Origin: Octopus sinensis
Taxonomy: Eukaryota
Reading direction: 5' to 3'
Assembly: GCF_006345805.1 (NCBI RefSeq)
Contig: NC_042997.1
Span: forward strand, 101,928,001 to 101,992,000
DNA: 64,000 bases
Program-made: the position numbers and the translations under genes
The notes under the pieces: model-generated
The model's input: only the letters and a program-made list of their open reading frames with translations
Database searches by the model: none
Told to the model about the DNA's origin: nothing
Shown here: piece after piece, positions 39,795 to 52,979 of the stretch
How the letters are laid out: every line of letters starts with the position of its first letter
Position numbering within the stretch: the first letter of the stretch is position 1

Positions 39795-42700
39795 TCATTA
39801 TTAGGCAGTGAAATGGCACAACATTTAATGTGTTGGTAAAAATGCTTTGTGGTGTTTCTTCCAACTTTTTATATTTTGAGTTCAAATACTGCTTAGGTTG
39901 ACTTTGCCTTTCATCCTTCCAGGGTTGATAAAATAAGTACCAGTCAAGTACTGGGGTTGATGTAATTGACTTATCTCCATCCCTAAAATTGCTGGCCTTC
40001 TGCCTATAGTATAAAGGATGATTATTATTATTATCATTATTATCATAAAAAGGACAAATATTCATCACATATATTCATGCAATTAGTAGCATCAATTACT
40101 TGATCTTATGTGATCAAAGATCCCTATCAAGATGTGATTATCTCTAGATATAGGATAAAGTGATTTGGCCTGATATACAATGGAACTGGAATACTAGTAG
40201 CATTTTTAAACTCCTGATTTATGAGCAGTTAGTGTTCAATATTTATATAATGTACCATATTTGCCTCATTGTTATTATTGTTTTCAGTTAAAATATGAAG
40301 ATAATATTACCATCTCAGACGAAAATTTTTTAGAAGAATAATAATAATAAAAGAAAAAAAGTCTTCCTTCACCATACTCACATATACAAAAACAAAATAA
40401 GTACAATTCTCTTTTGGAACAGTGAATCTTGAAGCACATAAAGCAATAAATAATCCTTTCTACTACAGCCATGTGGCCTGAAATTTTGTGGGAAGGGATA
40501 GTCAATTACACCGACCCCAATGCTTGCCTGGTACTTAATTTATTGATCCACAGGTTTTGAACTCAGAGTGTAAAGTGTTGGAAAAATGTCACTAAGCATT
40601 TTATTTGGCATGGTAATTATTCTGTCAGCTCACTATCTTTATAAAATTCTAAATAACAGTATGTAATATTGGGTTGAAAATCCCTTTGGGACAGAAGAAG
40701 TCGAAGGCTGCCTGCAGGATATAAACCCATGTCTCTTGCTGACATGACAGCCTTCAACTTTTTCTATCTAAAAGGGTCTTTCAATCCAATATTTACATGC
40801 TATTATTTATAGCTTCATGTGATGTGATTCAAGATCCAATGTTCTAAAAATTAACTATTCCACAGAATCTTAAAAGTTTATGAAATACTTCAAAAATGTT
40901 TCATACATACCTTCCCAGAAGATTTAATTCCTTTGAAGACACATAAAAAGACAATCACCCAGCAAAGAAGGAGACACAAAGCCAACTGCCAGCGAATGGT
41001 ACCAAGCTGGCCTATACTTTTACTTGTATTTAAAACCCATATACTGTAATAACAAATATTTTAAAAGAGGCGATTCATAGTAATGCTAAAAAAAAAAAGG
41101 TAAGAAGACAACATACAAATTTATGTGAATTTTAGAATATTGTAAGTAATATTGTTTTCTAATTTTGGCACAAGGCCAGCAATTTTAGGGGAGGGTGTTC
41201 AACAGGTACTTATTTTATCAACCCTGAAAGGATGAAAGGCAAAGTCAACTTTGGTGGAATCTGAACCCAGAACATGAAAATGGATGAAATGTCATTAAGC
41301 ATTTTGCAAGGCATGCTAACAATTCTGCCAGTTCATTGCCTTAATATTGAAAGTAATATTGATTTCAAATTTTGGCTGCTCTCGTCAAGAGAGTGACTGC
41401 TGGAACACCCTAGACTCTGCACCATACCACAGAAGCAGGAGAACCTAGTCATGGCTGTCAGATAATTTCTGCGACCACATCACCCTTAATATCTAGCCAC
41501 CTAACTCCTCAGATTGCAACACCCTTGATTATTATGTGTGGGGTGCAGTTGAGTGAGAGATCAACAAAACTCCTTGTAACATCAAAGATGAACTGAAGGG
41601 AAGAATTATGGCAGCATTCACCAACTTAAACAAGGAGACCATCCAGAAGAGTTGCAGGAGATTCCAAAGTCGTCTGGGGGCTGTAGTCAAAGCCAATGGT
41701 GATTTTATTTAATAAATTTACTCTTTAGTATTTCAAAATATTTTTATGTAATTTTAGTAAATATATCTGTTAAAATAAGATGTCAGTGGTATATTCATTT
41801 TTGCGTAACTTAGATGACAATTTATTCACCGCACTCTGTATGTGTGTATGTATATATGTATGTATGTATATATATAAATATATATATATGTATATAAATA
41901 ATGAAGCTAAAGCACTCAGAGTAATGCTTCCTGGTACAGGTTGACCTTGACCTCTGCTGGGCCTGTGCACTAAGTTTTAATGTTCTAACTCACTTCCGCT
42001 GTTTACAGCAGTGCTTCGAAGTAACATGTGTAATGTGTCACCATGACAAAGTTGTCATGGTGATACCTACTCAGAGGCCTATGCAAAGTTGCAGAAAGTA
42101 TAGAGAGGAATGTATGAGCTGCACACAAATGTATGAGTGGTTCAGACATTTTCAAGATGGCCGAAAACATTTTGATAGTGGTGAATGTTCTGGGAGACCA
42201 ACAGCCAGCAGAACTGAGAAAACATTGCAAATGTGCGTGCAGCTGTGAGGGGAAATCATCAAGTCACCATCCATGAGTTATCAGAGGATGTGCAGATTAG
42301 TTACAGTTCAGTTCTGTCTATTGTCTCTGAAGATTTGGGTATGAGATGTGTCTGCCAAGTTTGTATCAAAACTGCTTTCAGCTGACCAAAAAGACACTTG
42401 GGTTTCAGTTGCACAAAATCTTGATTGTGTCAAGAATGATGAAAACTGTGTGTAGACCTCTGAGCAGGTAATGCCAAGCTTTAGGGAAAATTTGATGCAG
42501 ATTCTCTGCTCAGTTTTCTTCGTCATGGTCAATGCTACGAATACATGCTACACACGTTACTTCCAGGCACTGGAAGTGAATTAGAATGTTAAAACTTAGT
42601 GCACATGCAAAGCAGAGTTCAAGGTCAATCAGTGCCAAGTGGCTTTACTCTGCATGATTTAGCTTTGTTACCATGGCAACAGTCCAGATACTTATTGATC

Positions 42701-44593
42701 AGACCATGTATATATATATATGTATTTATAAACAAACTTTGGAGAGCAAGTGTATGCACACACACACACAAACACGTACATATGTATGTAGTTAATAATG
42801 TAATAGCATGTATGATACATTATTAGTGAGTTTAGAGCTCAGTGATTGGTTCCACATTAAACTCCTCTATTTTATGCATAATGAATTCAATCAACACATT
42901 GGAAAGTAAACACAAGTGCAATGTCTGAGTGACATAAAATTAAAAGAAGTTAGGTTACTGATGTTCTTATGTTTTAATATACACGTGTTTCAATGAATCA
43001 GCAGCTCACTTCCTCAGTATTTCAGCAAAATATCAAGAAAATAAATGATTAAAGAAATAAAAAGCCTAAATGTTTACTGATAGCATTTATGCTGTTTGGC
43101 ACAACAGAAGGCAGCAATACTGCAAGATGCCAAAATCATTGTAATCTTCAGATGTCAACAAATGAAGTGAATGTCACACAGATCAAATTGTGTGTAGGGT
43201 GCATGCACACACACACGCACACAGCTATGTGGTTAAGAAGTTTGCTTTGCAACTACCTAGTTTAATTCTTCAGTGTTTTAACTAGTCATATCCGACCAAA
43301 ATATTCTACCTGTTTGATGTTCAAACCAGCCAGACCTGACCTCTCACACTTATCTTACTTTACAATGTCATTCTAAAAGAATCAATCACATCATTGAAAT
43401 CATGAAGCTATGAGACAACGTATGATTAAATCAAGTCAATGTGAATAAATAATCAACACATTTGACAATAATCTGAAAGCTAAAGGGTTAGGTTTCATTC
43501 CTACTGTCTGGCTCTGTGGTCAAGTGTCTTCTATCGTAGCCTTGGGTTGACTAATGCCTTGTGGGTAGAACTGGAAATAGATACTATACTGAATCATGTG
43601 ATGTGTGAGTGAGTGTTCATGACAATCTATGTATATGTACATGTTCTCTTACATACATATAAGATGAAAGAGAAAAAGAGAAATTGGAATAAAACTTGGA
43701 TTTTATAGTGAAGTGTCAAGGGATTTCACTATTGTTGACTTTGTAAGAACAAAATAAGTTCAGTTGTAATTTTCTAATTTGGTTCAATTAACAAGAGATA
43801 ATCAAAACTAAGCCTGAACTTACTAAAAATACTCCTCACTGGGAGTCTTGAAAGTGACATTGGCTTCCAAGCTTCCTGATGAGGAACCTTCAGCAAACAA
43901 CGAGAAAGATGCATTCCACATACAATTAGTTGAGACGGAAATATTAGTCAAGTTCAATTCTTGTTCTTTGGTGTTGTTCATGATGTCGGAACAATTTGGC
44001 AGGTGATATTTTTCCGTTTTGCAATCTGAAATATAAGGATAAAAACAAGCTAAGTCATTCAGAAAATATTGCATACGGTGTGATAAAAAAACATAATAAT
44101 AAAAATGAATAAATAAATAAATAATAATAATAACAACAACAATAACAATAATAGAGATTGACTGTTTATTAAAATGAAAATTAAACAAATGAACAATATT
44201 TCGACTCTGTGTGTCTTTCATAAGTTCAAAATTTTAAATAAAATTAAATTCAAAGATAGAAAATGCTGAAATATTCAAAATTAAATGAGAATAGCTAAGT
44301 AAAACGATGTCATCAGTAGGTAACAGAAGGAAGGAAAGAAAGAAAAAGACAAAAAGAATGAATAATTTTTTCTCCAATTCTTTCCTTTCTTTTTTGTTTT
44401 TTTCTTTCTTTCCTTCCTTCTGCTACTTTTTTGTGAAAGACCGAAGACTGATGATGTCATTTTACTGGGAAAGAAATGCTGTTATTCCGGTTTAATTTTG
44501 AATGTTTCAGTGTTTCCTATCTTTGAACTTAATTTCACTTTATATTTTGAACTTGAAGACACATGGAGTTTCAAAATATTGTTCATTTGTTTC

Positions 44594-44644
<51 letters not shown>

Positions 44645-45352
44645 TCAATAACAACCACAAGAACAACACAAGATCAAAGCCTTCCCACCAGAAATCACCA
44701 AAAACATGTAATAAAAAGAAATACAAGTAACTGCAGAATATGTGGTGATAGAGAAGAAATAATAAATCATATTGTCTCTGGCTGCTCAGTCCTGGCTAAG
44801 AAGGAATATATTCACAAACACGACAGAGTTGGGACCTATATACACTGGAAGCTATGCCAACACTATGGAATAACAACAGAAAAAAGATGGTATAGGCACA
44901 CACCAGAAAAGATCAAAGAAAATGAGAAAGCAGCCATACACATGCAGATATAGTTGTCAGAATTCACTGAGAAAAAAAATGCTTTTTAATCAATGCATCA
45001 ATACCAACAGATGACAATGTTTCTCTAAAAGAAATGGAGAAACTTTCAAAATACAAAGATCTGGAAATAGAGGTAACTCAAATGTGGAGACTAAAAACAG
45101 AAACAATTCCTTTTATAGTAAGTGCATTAGGTGCGATAAAAAAAACATTTAAACAAATACATAACAAAAACACCAGGACTTACAAGTATATATAACATAC
45201 AGAAAATAGCACTACTAGGCACTGCACACATCCTATGCAAAACACTTTTAATAAAGTGAAAATAAGAGCACCACAACAAACCACAGCACCTACCCAAGGT
45301 GCACAGAGTTGTGCTCGGTAGTGCAGTGAAAGTATGTGATAAAAATAAGACT

Positions 45353-45411
<59 letters not shown>

Positions 45412-47178
45412 CCCAGATGCTGTACCAGGCAGTGGCTCTCATGGCTTCTGATCTTAACTGATTGGAAGTGTTACGATGTACATGTTTTGTCTTTGTGTAA
45501 AAGTTGGGCTACAACAAATATTCTGCTCAGTACCACAGCTTTGCTTGTCAGTTGCTTGACCATAACCACTTAGCATGTCCCTTAGTGGCTGGCAATATGT
45601 GCATCACTGATCATGAACAGTGAAGGCGCATGGCTCAGTGGTTAGAGTGTCAAGCTTATGATCATGAGGTTGTGAGTTTGAATCCCGGATCGGGTTGCGT
45701 GTTGTGTTCTTGAGCAAGACACTTTATTTCACATTGCTCCAGTTCTCACAGCTGTAGAAATGAGTGGTGACGTCACTGGTGCCAAGCTGTACTGGCCTTT
45801 GCCTTTCCCTTGGATAACACTGGTGGCGTGGAGAGGGGAGGCCGGTATGCATGGGTGACTGCTGGTCTTCCATAACAACATTGCCCGGACTTGTGCCTAG
45901 GAGGGTAACTTTCTAGGTGAAATCCCATGGTCAGTCATGACTGAAGGGGGTCTCAGATCATGAGCAGGAGTAGTGGGGAGGGAGCATCATAGTCCTGTGT
46001 TGAGAAGGATTCTTTGGTATTTGAATAATTCACCTCTAGAAACATGGGTGTTTTGTTCACCATCCTTAAACAACCCTTATTCAGGGACCTTTTAAGAGGG
46101 ATGGGCTGCTCAACCTGAAGAAAATTCTAAGTAGGCTCCACCTACAAGATCATGTACTGTTTATCTTGATATGAGGTCACCATAGCATATGTATATGATT
46201 GTGATGCATGTCCCTTGTGTACCCTTATCAGGCAAGCCATCAATTTGATGGCATGAGCTGCTGTCTCACTCTATAATAATAATAATAATAAAATAATAAT
46301 AATAATAATAATAATGCCCAGATGCTGTACCAGGCAGTGGCTCTCATGGCTTCTGATCTTAACTGATTGGAAGTGTTACGATGTACATGTTTTGTCTTTG
46401 TGTAAAAGTTGGGCTACAACAAATATTCTGCTCAGTACCACAGCTTTGCTTGTCAGTTGCTTGACCATAACCACTTTAGCATGTCCCTTAGTGGCTGGCA
46501 ATATGTGCATCACTGATCATGAACAGTGAAGGCGCATGGCTCAGTGGTTAGAGTGTCAAGCTTATGATCATGAGGTTGTGAGTTTGAATCCCGGATCGGG
46601 TTGCGTGTTGTGTTCTTGAGCAAGACACTTTATTTCACATTGCTCCAGTTCACTCAGCTGTAGAAATGAGTTGCGATGTCACAGGTGCCAAGCTGTATCG
46701 GCCTTTGCTTTTCCCTTGGATAACACTGGTGGCGTGGAGAGGGGAGGCCGGTATGCATGGGTGACTGCTGGTCTTCCATAAACAACATTGCCCGGACTTG
46801 TGCCTAGGAGGGTAACTTTCTAGGTGCAATCCCATGGTCAGTCATGACTGAAGGGGGTCTCAGATCATGAGCAGGAGTAGTGGGGAGGGAGCATCATAGT
46901 CCTGTGTTGAGAAGGATTCTTTGGTATTTGAATAATTCACCTCTAGAAACATGGGTGTTTTGTTCACCATCCTTAAACAACCCTTATTCAGGGACCTTTT
47001 AAGAGGGATGGGCTGCTCAACCTGAAGAAAATTCTAAGTAGGCTCCACCTACAAGATCATGTACTGTTTATCTTGATATGAGGTCACCATAGCATATGTA
47101 TATGATTGTGATGCATGTCCCTTGTGTACCCTTATCAGGCAAGCCATCAATTTGATGGCATGAGCTGCTGTCTCACTC

Positions 47179-47239
<61 letters not shown>

Positions 47240-50200
47240 GGAAAAGGAATAATTGGAAAGCAGCTGGACCTGATGATGTTTAGGGGTACTGAATAGTTGG
47301 GAGTGGCATAAAAATAGCAGAACAACTTCATGAAATGATCAATGGGATTGAAAAGATTCCTAAGAGGATAACTTTTGGATGAACAGTACTGTATTTGAAG
47401 GATACCTTAAAAGGTAATGCTGTGGATAAATACGGACCTATATCATGCCTTCCATTAATGTGAAAGCTGCTCACTAGAATATTCACTGATGAAATGTATA
47501 TGTTTCTTGATGATAGAACTCTCTCTTTTGAACAGAAGGGATGTAAATGGAATTTCAGGGGAACTAAAGACCAGCTACTCATAGATGAAATGGTTATAGA
47601 ATATTGTAAGCAAGAAAATGACAAATTTGGCAATGGTCTGGATAGATTACTGTAAAGGCTACAATATATTCCATATTCATATATCATTGAATATTTGAAT
47701 ATGTTTGGAGTTTCAATGAATGTCAAGAGCTTTTTGAGAAAAAAACATTGAAGTGTGGAAAACTGAGCTCACATCATGTGGACCGGAATGTTAAGAATCA
47801 AGAGAGATTTTTCAAGGAGACAGTGTATCTTTTTTACTATTTGTCTTATGCTTGATCCCTTTAACATTGCTACTGGGAAAGTAACATCAGGGATATGAAT
47901 TTAAAGGAAATCAGCAAAAGATCATCCATGAATTATTTATTAATGATCTCAAGCTGTATGGTAGTGACAAAACTCCAGTCAGCTCTTTAGTGAACAGAGT
48001 TCATTGTTTTAGCAACTACATCAAAATGGAATTTGGTCTAAAAAATGTGATAAAATATTCCTGGCAAGAATGAATGATAGTAGACTTGAAAGTATAGAAT
48101 TATCATCAAGGGAAATCATGAAAAAGATTGACAGCACTGGGTTTTAATTCCTGGGCATATTGGAAGTGAATGAAGTAATGGGTGAAGAAATGGAGAAAAG
48201 CTTCATGCAAGAGTATCTCTGAAGACTTAGTCTGTTGTTACAGTTAAAACTGAATGAAAGGAATAAATTTCAAGCAATCAGCACATGCAGTTATTATCAA
48301 GTTGGGGAGAGAGAAGTAAAAGAGGCTAAACTAAAAATTGGGAAGTTTACTCACAATGCATGGAACATTCCACTTGAAGAGTGATATTGACAAGTTATAT
48401 CAAACCAGGCACAAAGACAGGTGAGTGCTAATCAGCTGTGAAAGTTGTGTATGCTCAGAAGAAAATATGGGGTGGTACAACAAGAGTGCCATAGAACACT
48501 TGCTGCAATAATATTAATATTAATAATGATGATGACAAAGATACACAATACTAATAATTATATAGTAATCTCTTTTATTTGCCACAGGGACATTTGGTGA
48601 GGGGTTATATTACAGGTGCAATTTACAGGGACAATTTACCATTTATGTGGGTGTTTTACATAAAAAGATGAGGTGAATAAAAGGAGAAGAGGAGATAAGT
48701 AGTATATATAATACAAAATTTGTGAAAACAGAGATAATGCAGTCCTCATGACAGGGGAGAGTATCCAACTGGAGCCAATCAAGGAACTGCACAGATCAAG
48801 GATTAGTCTGACCACCTAGACCACCTAACTGTTATTCTCCAATATACTGACACATGCTTGGAGCAGTTCCATTCATTCTAACCATTTTTCCGCAGTCACA
48901 CACACTTTTAGACAAATTCACTGTGTGAGAACACATCCCTCTTCACACTAACTTTCCTTTTCCAAGTTGAAAATTGAAAAAGTTTTTGAGGGCTTAACCG
49001 AAGAGGGATGTCAGTCCACAAACCTTTCAGCTTCATCCGTCATACAACCTCATTTGCCATAACCAATAGCAAGAGAACACCGTCTGCTTTGCCTAATTAA
49101 TAACATCTTTTATTGTAAATGTAAAAAAAAAAAAGAAAGAAAAATGTAAGAAGAGAAACGATTTCTTAAAAAGGAAAAGTTTGAGAAGACATACATTTTG
49201 TATTCCAACTGTTAGAGCAACTTCTCCATGGAAGCATTGTAGTCATTGAAGAGAAGAGAAAATGGAAAGCCCAAGCAGTCACCATTGTATAATAGATAGC
49301 TATCATTGCTGATACCAACACCATTCCATAACCAATACCTGTGGTAAATAAAAACTATGCTAATTATACTTTATAATAACAAAAAACAAACAACATTTAT
49401 GAAACTGTGGTAGTTAAAAATGAGTTATTTCTTACAGGGGCACAAATAAATGAAATCTATATCTGAGGAATGGAGTGAAATTGTAGTCAGCAGTGTCAGT
49501 GATGGCAGCAGTGGTATCAGCTGTGACTCTTGTGTCTTTGATAATGGCAGCAGTATCAGCACAGCATCAACAACATCACCAGCACCACCACTATGACCAC
49601 CAGCAACATCACCAGCATCACTACTGCCACCACAACCACTACCACCACACTGCTACCACTACCACTACCACCACCACCACCACCGCCACCACAACCACCA
49701 CCGCTGACACTGTCACCACAACCACCACCAACACACTACACTACATCACCACCACCACTGCCACCACCATTATAATACTAATAATCGTCTTTATCATTGG
49801 TATTTCTTGAGCATTTGTAACTTTAGCTTGATCCGATACTCAGTAAGGATGCAAACTCTTTTAAGTTTGGTGCTGTTTTCCTTTCTTCTTTTTTGTTACT
49901 TGACTTGGAAGAAATTACTTCCCTATAATGATATTCCAGATGAGATACTGAAATAATAACACATTGAGAACCTTGGATTGATACTTTACTTATCATTTGA
50001 AAAGAAAAAAAGGCAAAGTTGACCTTGGTTGGATTTGAACTCAGAACACAGAGTCAGAATATCCACTCTAATGTTCCTTCCAGTTTGTTGCCATTTCGTA
50101 TAAAGTTGTGATGTCATAAGCTTTCTACATATTGTTTAACTTCACACAACACAGATTATATTCTCAAACCTTGTCTGTTGTGTTGAAAAACTGAAAAGAA

Positions 50201-52677
50201 ATTCTTATGTTATCTTTCACTTGTTTCACTCATTGGATTATGCCCATGCTGGAGCACTGTCTTGAAGAATTTCAGTTGAACAAATTGACCACAGTATTAG
50301 TTTTCTTTTTTTTTAAATAGCCTAGTACTTAGTCTGTTTTGTCTCATTTGCTAAACAACTAATTTATGGAAATGTAAACAAGCCAACACCATTGTTCAAG
50401 TGCAAGTGGCTCTGGTGATGGTGATGGGGGAAAACACCACAGCACACACACACACAGAGGATGGGCTTCCACACAGTTTCCATCTTCCAATTTCACTCAC
50501 AAGGCATTGGTTTGCCTGGGGCTATAGTAGAATACTCTTCCTCCAAGATGCCCCGCTGCTGGGTCGAACCTGAAACTATATGATTGCAAAGTGGGTTTCT
50601 TAACTACACAACCATGCCTGTACTTACTGAATATCATATGCAATCTCTCTTGTAACTTTTTATTTTAATCCAATATTAAGTATAATTTGGTTTCCAAGAC
50701 TACAGCTTCCTATATAGGACCTTTACTGAGCTTAAATGGAATTTTTTTAAAAAGAGCTAAATTGCATATTTATATCAATAGGGCAGTGCTTGCTTAAAAC
50801 ATGACTCATATCTAATTTAGCTTTATAAAAGTTACAAACCTTTGAAAAATGGTACTGCTTTCCAAACTGTTATTGGACCAAGACTTCCATACTGACCATA
50901 AGCAAGTTCCATATAGGCCAATGGAATTCCACAAAATATCAACATGATAACATAAGGGATAAAAAAAGCTCCTGAATGTGAAAACAAAACAAAACAAAAA
51001 TATCTTTAGGTACAAATATAAGCTTTTAAAAGAAATGTATTTGGAATATTGTAAGATCATGAAACAATAACAACAACGACAACAACAACAACAACAATAA
51101 TAATAATAGCCCTGATGCAATACCAGGCAGTGGCTCTCATGGCTTCAGATCTTAACTGTTTGGAAGTGCTATCATGTAAATGTTTTGTCTTGGTATAAAA
51201 GATGAGCTACAGCAAATATTCTGCTCAATACCACAGATTTGCTTGTCAGTTGTTGACCTTAACCAGTAGAGAATGACCCTTAATGGCTGACAATATGTGC
51301 ATCACTGATCATGAGCAGAATTAGTGAGGGAGTATCATAGTCAAGTCTTGAGAGGAATTCTTTCACCTCTGGAAACATGGGTATTTTGTTCAACATCCTT
51401 AAACAACCCTTATTCAGGGACCTTTTGAGTAGGATGAGCTACTTGAAGAGTCTAACTGGGCTCCACCTACAAGGTCTTACAGTGTTTATCTTGATATGAA
51501 ATCATCATGTCATGTACACATGGTTGTGATACATGTGCTTGGTGTACTCTTATTAGATGGGTATATTGGGCTTTGTATACTTGTACCCCAGTGTCACTTT
51601 GATGGCATGTACTGTTCTCTCACTCAACAATAATGATAATAGTGATAGAATAAAGTAAGAATGCATATGTTTTTTTCATGTTTTATCTACTTTGGTTTTA
51701 AAAGTTTTTAATTGTTGTCTTCCAGGAAAAATATCAGTAATTATAAAAAGCTTTTAAGAATGGAGGCCCTTACATAACTTTTTCATGGTTGCCAAATGTT
51801 TATAGTTATATATACAAAATGAAATTTCCATGTCTGGAATGGTCATGTGTACATAGGTGTTATGCATAGCTTAACTTTCTGGTTAGGAATTTATTCAAAA
51901 GACACACACATGTACACATGCACATGTACACAAACACACACATCCCCCCCACAAATATATATATACATACACACACACACATATATTCATACATATATAG
52001 CTGTAGCTAATTAGAAAATTACAGATATAAGCCAGCAATAGAACTGTCAGAATTCATAAAACTTTCCAAAAGTTTGATATTTAAGTTTATATATGAAACT
52101 ATAAGCATGAGAATACATGCATAAAGCATACAAAACTGTGTATGTACTGACTCCAAATATTGCACATATACATACACCATGATTAGGGAATGAAAAAAAG
52201 GAAAAAAGTTAATTTTGACAATTCAATCGATGGCTTGTATCTGTAATCTTGTTGATTTGTTTAAAATTCCAATAAAAGAGCTTTGGCTCTAGGTTAGAAA
52301 CCTATTCTTTCTCTATTGGCAAGAAATCTAGAAGTAAAACTGAATAGCATACATACATATATATATACTTATAAACACAATACAAACATACATATATTCT
52401 TTTATTCTTTTACTTGTTTCAGTCATTTGACTGTAGCCATGCTGGAGCACTGCCTTAAAGGGTTTTAATCTAACAAATCAACCCCAGGACTTATATTTAA
52501 GCTTGGTACTTATTCTATCGGTCTCTTTTGCTGAACCACTAAGTTATGGGGATGTAAACACACTAACACTGGTTGTCAAGTGGTGATGGGGGTGGAAACA
52601 AACAGACACAAAGTCACACACACATAGATATATACATATGTATGTGTATGTATATATGTCTATATATATACACACAC

Positions 52678-52708
<31 letters not shown>

Positions 52709-52715
52709 TATGCAT

Positions 52716-52767
<52 letters not shown>

Positions 52768-52819
52768 GTATGTATGTATATGCATATATATATATATATG
52801 CATATACATACATACACAC

Positions 52820-52875
<56 letters not shown>

Positions 52876-52948
52876 CATGTATATACATATATATGTATAC
52901 ATACATACATACATACATACATACATACATACATACATACATACATAC

Positions 52949-52979
<31 letters not shown>

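Noticed and set aside
45621-45700. tRNA genes at SINE-C and SINE-D heads (also 4981, 28961-29066, 46527)
   Set aside because: A and B boxes are present but the acceptor and anticodon stems do not pair, and the sequence continues into a SINE body with a TSD.
49493-49810. His/Thr/Pro-rich ORF with a signal-peptide-like start
   Set aside because: (CAC)n low-complexity tract antisense within intron 2; no splice or homology support.
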